Shown here piece by piece: positions 58,155 through 64,000 of a DNA stretch of 64,000 nucleotides. Positions within the stretch are counted from its first letter, which is position 1. Each line of letters begins with the position of its first letter. A program made the translations under genes and the position numbers. The notes under the pieces are model-generated. The model ran no database searches. It saw only the letters and a list, made by a program, of their open reading frames with translations, and had not been told where the DNA came from. This DNA comes from Dudresnaya verticillata (Eukaryota), in contig OZ374561.1 in NCBI GenBank assembly GCA_977862235.1, forward strand, positions 930,001 through 994,000. Reading direction: 5' to 3'.

Positions 58155-58703
58155 CTAAAGGTTATCTACCGGCTCAAAAACTGGCATGCGACAGACGGGG
58201 CACGCGCCAGCAACAGCAACCCAGCTGGCAGCACAGGCGCTGTGGAAGATATGCGCGCAGGCAAGCGCAGTGACGCGCCCCTGATCAAGGCGCTCAAGGC
58301 AGACTGGACACACAGCCTTTTCATCGGCGTCGTTCCCTTGAACGTCGGCGTCGTTCCCTTGAACGTCTACATCTTCGAGACATGGCTTCTGGGGTCCCGC
58401 GCGATCGGGCATACTCGTTGCTGGCACGACTTGGACGGCCGGAACCAGTGGACCTGGGCATTCAACAGCAAGGGCTCGACCACTTTGCGCCGCCGGATGC
58501 ACGCGGCGGCGGGGTGGCGAGACGGGGCGTTGCCGTACGCGTTCGGGCTGCGTCGGGCCCGCGCGGCGGAAGTTGCGGTAGGCGGAAAAGCTGGCCCAGG
58601 CAACGCACACGAGGATGAGGAGACCGAAGAAGATGGCCGCCGGGACGACGACGACCTCGGTCACGCTGCGCGAAGAGAACGCGAGCGCGAACGGCGGTGG
58701 CAT
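58155..58703 (-). CDS. Transmembrane RING-H2 (ATL-like) E3 ligase, about 182 aa
   Basis: TM segment VVVVPAAIFFGLLILVCVAW; CPVC..CAHIFHSAC..W..CPVCR; internal 21-nt tandem duplication (DVQGNDA x2). Confidence 0.88.
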   Translation of the reverse strand: MPPPFALAFSSRSVTEVVVVPAAIFFGLLILVCVAWASFSAYRNFRRAGPTQPERVRQRPVSPPRRRVHPAAQSGRALAVECPGPLVPAVQVVPATSMPDRAGPQKPCLEDVDVQGNDADVQGNDADEKAVCPVCLERLDQGRVTALACAHIFHSACAASWVAVAGACPVCRMPVFEPVDNL

Positions 58704-59730
58704 GGCTACGGAAGGCACGGCATCTCGGCACGGCAGGCCGCGCGCGCCGCGACGAAGCGAGCTGCGGCTGCCCACGGGTGGGACGCCTAGCGCGGGCGCG
58801 TAGCGGCTGGGCGGGGGAGCGTTCGGGGGTTGGGTTGGCGTGCCGGTGGGAGGATGTTTGGCCTTGGGTGATGGGGGAAGCACCGGCAGCCTGGCGAGAT
58901 ACGCGGGGGGTTCGTTATGTGACGGCGTGGGCGTTCGGCCGGGCGCAGCGGAATGCGGAGCGAGCGCAGCAGCGAGCCGATATGGCGGCTCGCGCGGCGG
59001 GGGTCTCCGAGGGTGGAGGCATCGACTCTGTGCTTGCGGCGCCTCGCGGTTCGGTGGATGGGCGGGATGGATGTGCGACTTAACGTCACACGCTATCCCA
59101 AGACTTTGGTGTTTCGGTTAGTAGGATGCATGACAGTATCCGAAGCGGTGCTGCGGCATTTACAGTAGGCCGGAGCACAGCTTCGTACAGTACTGTATAC
59201 TGTACTGTATACGGTACTGTACGATTTTCAAATCCGGCCGTGTTGACAACACGTGCTCTCGTGTGACAATCTCGTGACCACTCAACACGATCTGCACTAT
59301 AACGTACAGCATCACTCGAGAGGCCCAGAGTCTCTATCGACAACCACTCGGCATAGCTCTCAACACGTCAACTCAATTTACATTTGACACCTACAGAGAG
59401 CAACTCCTGTTTTGTGCCTGGTCGACATCCTGAATGTCGACTTGCGAAAAAGGCCGCTTTACATAGGGTAGCTATAGAAAGGCCGAGGCAAGAGGCAATT
59501 GAGAGTCAAATTTTAGAGAAAAGTCAAGTTGGAAACGTGGTTGGCAGCCAGGCAGACTTCGAAACAACAGCCGTGCGCCTTTGCTCACCACGTTTGCGTT
59601 CAAGTTAAGACTTGCAACTTTCGCAACATACGTCCCCACGGAATGCCTGACGTTTGTATGCAGCGTCACGTAGCTAGCAAATCAGCAGCTAATCTTGCCA
59701 CTAGTTAGAGAGTCTCTTTCCATCGCTTCT

Positions 59731-60528
59731 CTACAACTTCCCATACCGGTAAACCTTCCTGTCGTTCATTTCTTGAACCGCCCTGTTGTTTCCAAACTGC
59801 TCTATATGCGCGCTTTCAACAAACCGGTCCACCTGCCACTGCGAGACTCGAATCGTCTTCTTGGCCACCATCCACGTCACGCCCTCTGTGCACGGCGGCG
59901 TCGTCAGGCTTCCCTTATACGTGTAGAACTCGTTCGCGGGCCTGAGCAGGCCTGGCAAGTTGACCCCGACCTTCTTCTGGTGACGCTCAGCAGCGTCGAT
60001 TACTTTCTCAAACACCTTGTTCTCCTTGCCGATATGGAACAGCGTCGCCATAACCGCCAGTTTGCCACTGCGAGACTGGTGCACCATTTGCATCTCCAAC
60101 GGCGCGTGCTTCCCGTTGATGGTATGCTCACTGGGAGCGTGGAAGTCCACACTCTTGAGATAGTACTTGTCGCCTTGGAACTTGGTCATGCCGCAACGGG
60201 CACCCTCTTGGCAGGACAGCGCCCAGTTGAAATAGCCTTCCTTCCACGACATCACCGAGCGCAGGAAGGAAGACTTGGGGCGGTTGCGATACGAGTGGCG
60301 TCCGCGCTTGGCGGAGGAGGTGACGATGTTTATCGGGGACTGCGTGCGCCCCGTGTGGCATTTGCGGAAGCCATGGCTCAGCTTGTACCAGTTGCGTGGC
60401 CCGTTTTTTGCATTCGGGTTGTACGAGTAGCCGGAGCTTGGCGAGCGCGATGTAGCGGACAGAGCGGTAGCTGCGGAGACAACGGTGAGAAGAGCCAGGA
60501 GAGTGAGTGTGTGAGCAAAGGGGGACAT
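59731..60528 (-). CDS. Secreted alpha-carbonic-anhydrase-family protein with substituted Zn ligands (265 aa)
   Basis: Signal peptide; GPRNW, QSPINI, FHAPSEHTING, LEMQMVH, YKGSLTTPPCTEGVTW, NNRAVQ. Confidence 0.93.
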   Translation of the reverse strand: MSPFAHTLTLLALLTVVSAATALSATSRSPSSGYSYNPNAKNGPRNWYKLSHGFRKCHTGRTQSPINIVTSSAKRGRHSYRNRPKSSFLRSVMSWKEGYFNWALSCQEGARCGMTKFQGDKYYLKSVDFHAPSEHTINGKHAPLEMQMVHQSRSGKLAVMATLFHIGKENKVFEKVIDAAERHQKKVGVNLPGLLRPANEFYTYKGSLTTPPCTEGVTWMVAKKTIRVSQWQVDRFVESAHIEQFGNNRAVQEMNDRKVYRYGKL

Positions 60529-61139
60529 TTTGTGTCGGGGGATGCGGTTTGGTTTGGGGCTTGCCGGAAGTGGTGGAGAATGTGTTTGGGGACTTTGTGT
60601 AGTGGGGGGGTCTGGACGGAGAGGAGTGAAGGGTGCCGCGGTAGTTATAGGAGTTGCAGATAGTTGTAATCTGAGCGTTTGAGCGATGGGTGCGGCTGCT
60701 GACAAAAGCAAAGCGAAAGTTTGGTGAGCTTGCCACCGATGCACGCTGCGCACGGCGCCTCCGATTGGATGTTTCGCGCAGACGTTCGGGAATTTTTCCA
60801 TTTTATGCCGACGCGAGCGCTCACTCGCGGCAGAAAGCCTCGAGGTCCGCTGTAAACGCCCAAATCACCCGCTGCTCTCTCTCGCGTGTGCATCCGCCCG
60901 GCGTGCACCCGCATTGCTGCAGTCGCGAATGCAACCCGCCGGCTTTGCATTGCCTGCCGCTACCCTACACGGTTGCACCTGTCGTGCACAACGACGCGAG
61001 CTGTACTCCTCGCGAGGAGCCAGTCTCCGTTCGATATTGTCACAGCATCCACCAAGCGTACCCACAACGCTCCACCGCAAGAGTCCAAGGTCATCCTTCT
61101 CCCGCTCTCTCATGCCATGGCATAAGACCATCTTCAACC

Positions 61140-61514
61140 GGGCCCTCTCCAGTCCCGGAGGCTTCCGCTGCGGTAGTTCCACCTTTGCCGGTACCACTTA
61201 CAACCTTTTGGGGTCCACTTCGTTTCCATGCGCCTAGCGAGGATACCATTGATGGAAAGCGTGTGCCTTCAATGGCGGGTTCTACACCTACGAGGGTGAT
61301 CCCACGACGCCGCCATGCATGGAGGGCATCACCTGGATGGTTGTCAAGAAGCCGATTCGTGTCTCGAAGAGGCACGCGGATCGTGAATCGGTTTACTGAA
61401 ACTACTTACGTTGAAAAGTTTGGAAACAACAGGGAGGTTCAGGAGTTGAACGGGAAGAAACTTTATGCCTACGGCCGGTTCAGAGGGATTTTCCAAATGA
61501 GCTTTAGACTATAA
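61140..61514 (+). pseudogene. Decayed, internally deleted, divergently oriented duplicate of the alpha-CA gene
   Basis: FHAPSEDTIDGK, PPCMEGITWMVVKKPIRVS and VNRFTETTYVEKFGNNREVQELNGKKLYAYG in shifting frames match the neighbouring gene. Confidence 0.85.
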
Positions 61515-61977
61515 GCTGCATGCACAAGTGATAGCTGAAAAACATATCTATACTTTGATTAGTAACCTTATATCACTTGTCTGTTCAACTTCAGATGCTA
61601 CGTCTCCGAGGCTTCCGGCGGGTGATGTTATCACTTGACTGTATTTTTACCGTCCTTGGAGCGAAATGACCCGTTAGCTTCTAACCGACGTCAACCCCTT
61701 GGGGAATATGTGTTGATAGACACGGGAAAAATGGTCTTCAATATATTATATCAAAATTTTTCTTGGCTATGAGACCAACTAAGAACATGTCCTGGGGCGT
61801 TGATTATTCACCTCCTGAACAAGGTTCAACGTTTCTTGTCTGCAAACAATGGAAGGCATCTCGATACTTTCTGGAAATATTTAGGCTCTCTTGAGCACTG
61901 GCGAAAACGGAGCGATCGAAGGAACTTCATGGGTATTTGCGCTCGGAGCTCTGACTCCGCAACTTGGTTTCATAGCT

Positions 61978-62617
61978 CTAGTCTTGCTTGGATTCATCTT
62001 GTACGGCTTGTTCTTCCGGTGCATAGGGTTCTTCCCTGACGGCATGACCGATGACCATCTTGACGTATAAGCAGGGAATGAACCATTCTAGGCCTGCTCT
62101 AATTGGAAACAGTTGATTTCCCAATATGGAAAGAACAGTGATGCCTGTTGCCAGAGATCTTCGAAGATAAAGAGGCGCTGCAAGAACTGTAGAAACAGCA
62201 AGTTGTAGCAGCACGTACCAATAAATTGCCATTCTTACATTACCGCCAAGCAGATATGCGGCGAGGATGGGTTGTACGTGTATAGCGGTGAAGATTCGTG
62301 CGTCTTTGACGAGCCAGGCACCAGTTCCTTCTCCTTCTCGAACGGGAGAGTGGTAATAGCGCTTGCAAGAGTTGAGCATGTTCGCAACAGCGCCACCGGC
62401 AATGTCGTAGGCGAAGAAGGCGAGGACGAGGACTTTGCGGTCGTGCGCGATGGGTGTTCCGCCCAGAATATCCACTGCGAGGATGATGATCATGAGAAGA
62501 GCGAAGAAGAGCGGCGAAGCCGTGGGCAAGGATTCTTTCAGAGGAACTGGCTCCTGTGCCGCACAGAGGGTCCGAAGTGCCGGAGTAGGTCCACTGGATG
62601 CGTGGCTGGGATGACAT
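61978..62617 (-). pseudogene. Multi-pass membrane protein gene frameshifted by a 10-bp duplication (209 aa if repaired)
   Basis: MSSQPRIQW...ERILAHGFAALL joins LMIIILAVD...YDIAGGAVANMLNSCKRYYH once 10 nt of AGAAGAGCG-A-AGAAGAGCG (62495-62513) are removed. Confidence 0.75.
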
Positions 62618-63439
62618 TGTTAGTACGACGGGTGGGGCTTGTGGGCAATGAATGCTTGTGTTGTCGAACCTCAGTTCGAAAAGTCGTCTGGGTTCGTCCT
62701 TGGTTCGGATGTGGGTCTGGCTGAGCGCAGCTTTATGTCGGGTCCTGATTCTGATCTGCTGGTAGAGAAAGAGCGTTGGTTGGCATTGGTGATGTTCTCC
62801 AGGCTTACTTTCGAAAGTGAATAGGCCTTTTCATCTGGAGGTGATGCCAAGCACAAGTCGGTGCTGACTTTCGAGTCTCTCTCGGCTGGCTGATGTCATC
62901 CGCAATAGCCAGTGGAACTCCTAAAGGCAGCATAAAGCCACATGGGCCAATAAACGCGAATGGCTTGGCTACAACTGCGGACAATTCACTTGTTGAATTT
63001 TTGATGACGCTTTTGTCGTTTATGCATTACACAGAGCGGGTGTCTGCTCCTTGGTCGCGTTTTTCTTTGGAGGGTTCCAAATGGGCTGGCGTGCTTTCCT
63101 GATTCTCTGTGGGCTACTTGTCATGCATCTCGCTTCCATTTTTTGGGATGTGCATGAGGCAAGGGGTTTCCTCACACCAAGGGTGTGCCCACACAAATGA
63201 CAAACTTCCCACTTGATGGAGTCCTGGCAGGCAGGTGATGACCCTCAAGGCCGGTATTATATCTGAGCCAAGGGGCTGGAAAGAAATACGGGTCACTGTT
63301 CTTCCTTATTGTAGTTGGTGGCTGAGTTATCACCTGCGGGGTGAGGCTGTTCACCTCTCGACGGCGCAGACGGGAAGGGGAATATTTATTGCGTGGATTG
63401 CAGGGTAACTATAATCCCGGTAGCGGGTAGCGGGGCACC

Positions 63440-64000
63440 AATCGCTTGCACTAATCGCCGCCTTTTTTGGGCAGTGCTTAGCACTGTATAGTCTAGTCCA
63501 AACTTAGAAGCACAGCTGGGCGTGAGGAAGGCAGCATATAGTCAGTGCAACCGCTACATGCGGGTCCTTTCTTTGCCGGATTGTCACAACCGATGAGACA
63601 CAAGAGTTTCGGGCACACATTTGGAACAAGCTTCGGCCACTGCTTGCACCGGATGACACGTTTGCGCTTATCTCTCTCCAAGGCGCACTTGGCCTTAGGA
63701 CCATTCCGCGAGCAGTACAACAGCGTACCCGGCCGAGCGGCTGGAAGAGGCGATGGTGACGGTGTCTTAAGTCCATCGCATACCTGAGGTGGGGGTCGGA
63801 ACGTACAACGGCTTGAAATTGGACTTGCAACTGTCGAAGTTAAAGCGACAAGCAGGGCAGGCGAAGCAGAAGGGGCCTTTCTTGGGAAGTCGATTGCATG
63901 CTACGGCGTAGGGGATCTTTGGACATGCATCAGGATCAATCTTGGACCATTTGCGGCACCCAATGGCAAGCTTCTGGCCAGGCTCTTTTCGCGAAGAAAC
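63440..64000 (-). pseudogene. 3' part of a frameshifted Cys-rich repeat gene running off the window
   Basis: Two related modules in different frames: AIGCRKWSKIDPDACPKIPYAVACNRLPKKGPFC and VIRCKQWPKLVPNVCPKLLCLIGCDNPAKKGPAC. Confidence 0.6.

Noticed and set aside
1..64000. CRISPR arrays, rRNA or tRNA genes
   Set aside because: None seen; the repeats present are LTRs, TIRs, foldbacks and homopolymers.

Overview
Eukaryotic, intron-poor, transposon-littered nuclear DNA. A florideophyte red alga is my best guess, by inference from gene style and a GalEa-like Copia element, not from a marker gene. The centrepiece is an intact, very recent Ty1/Copia LTR retrotransposon (7914-14612) with identical 443-bp LTRs and a CTGCC TSD. 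Its design is unusual in four ways. (1) It has no tRNA PBS; a perfect palindrome follows the 5' LTR instead. (2) An extra, apparently spliced gene upstream of gag encodes two matrin/JAZ-type C2H2 fingers (dsRNA-binding class). (3) An ~825-nt stretch free of ATG suggests a splice-controlled uORF/re-initiation switch between that protein and Gag. (4) pol lies in the -1 frame behind a GGATTTT slippery site and a bulged stem-loop. Host genes include a Spec3/Stum-like membrane protein, a cytochrome P450, two convergent paralogous orphan membrane proteins, two secreted Cys-rich repeat proteins, an S41 peptidase, a DUF3598-like protein, RBR and RING-H2 E3 ligases, and an alpha-carbonic-anhydrase-like protein missing two Zn ligands. 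Disabled genes include HET-like, GT7-like, germin-like, a CA duplicate, a membrane protein broken by a 10-bp duplication, and a Cys-rich module. TE relics include a hAT-type non-autonomous element, foldbacks, a Copia integrase fragment and a DIRS-type tyrosine recombinase fragment. All family calls come from motif recognition by eye; no searches were run.
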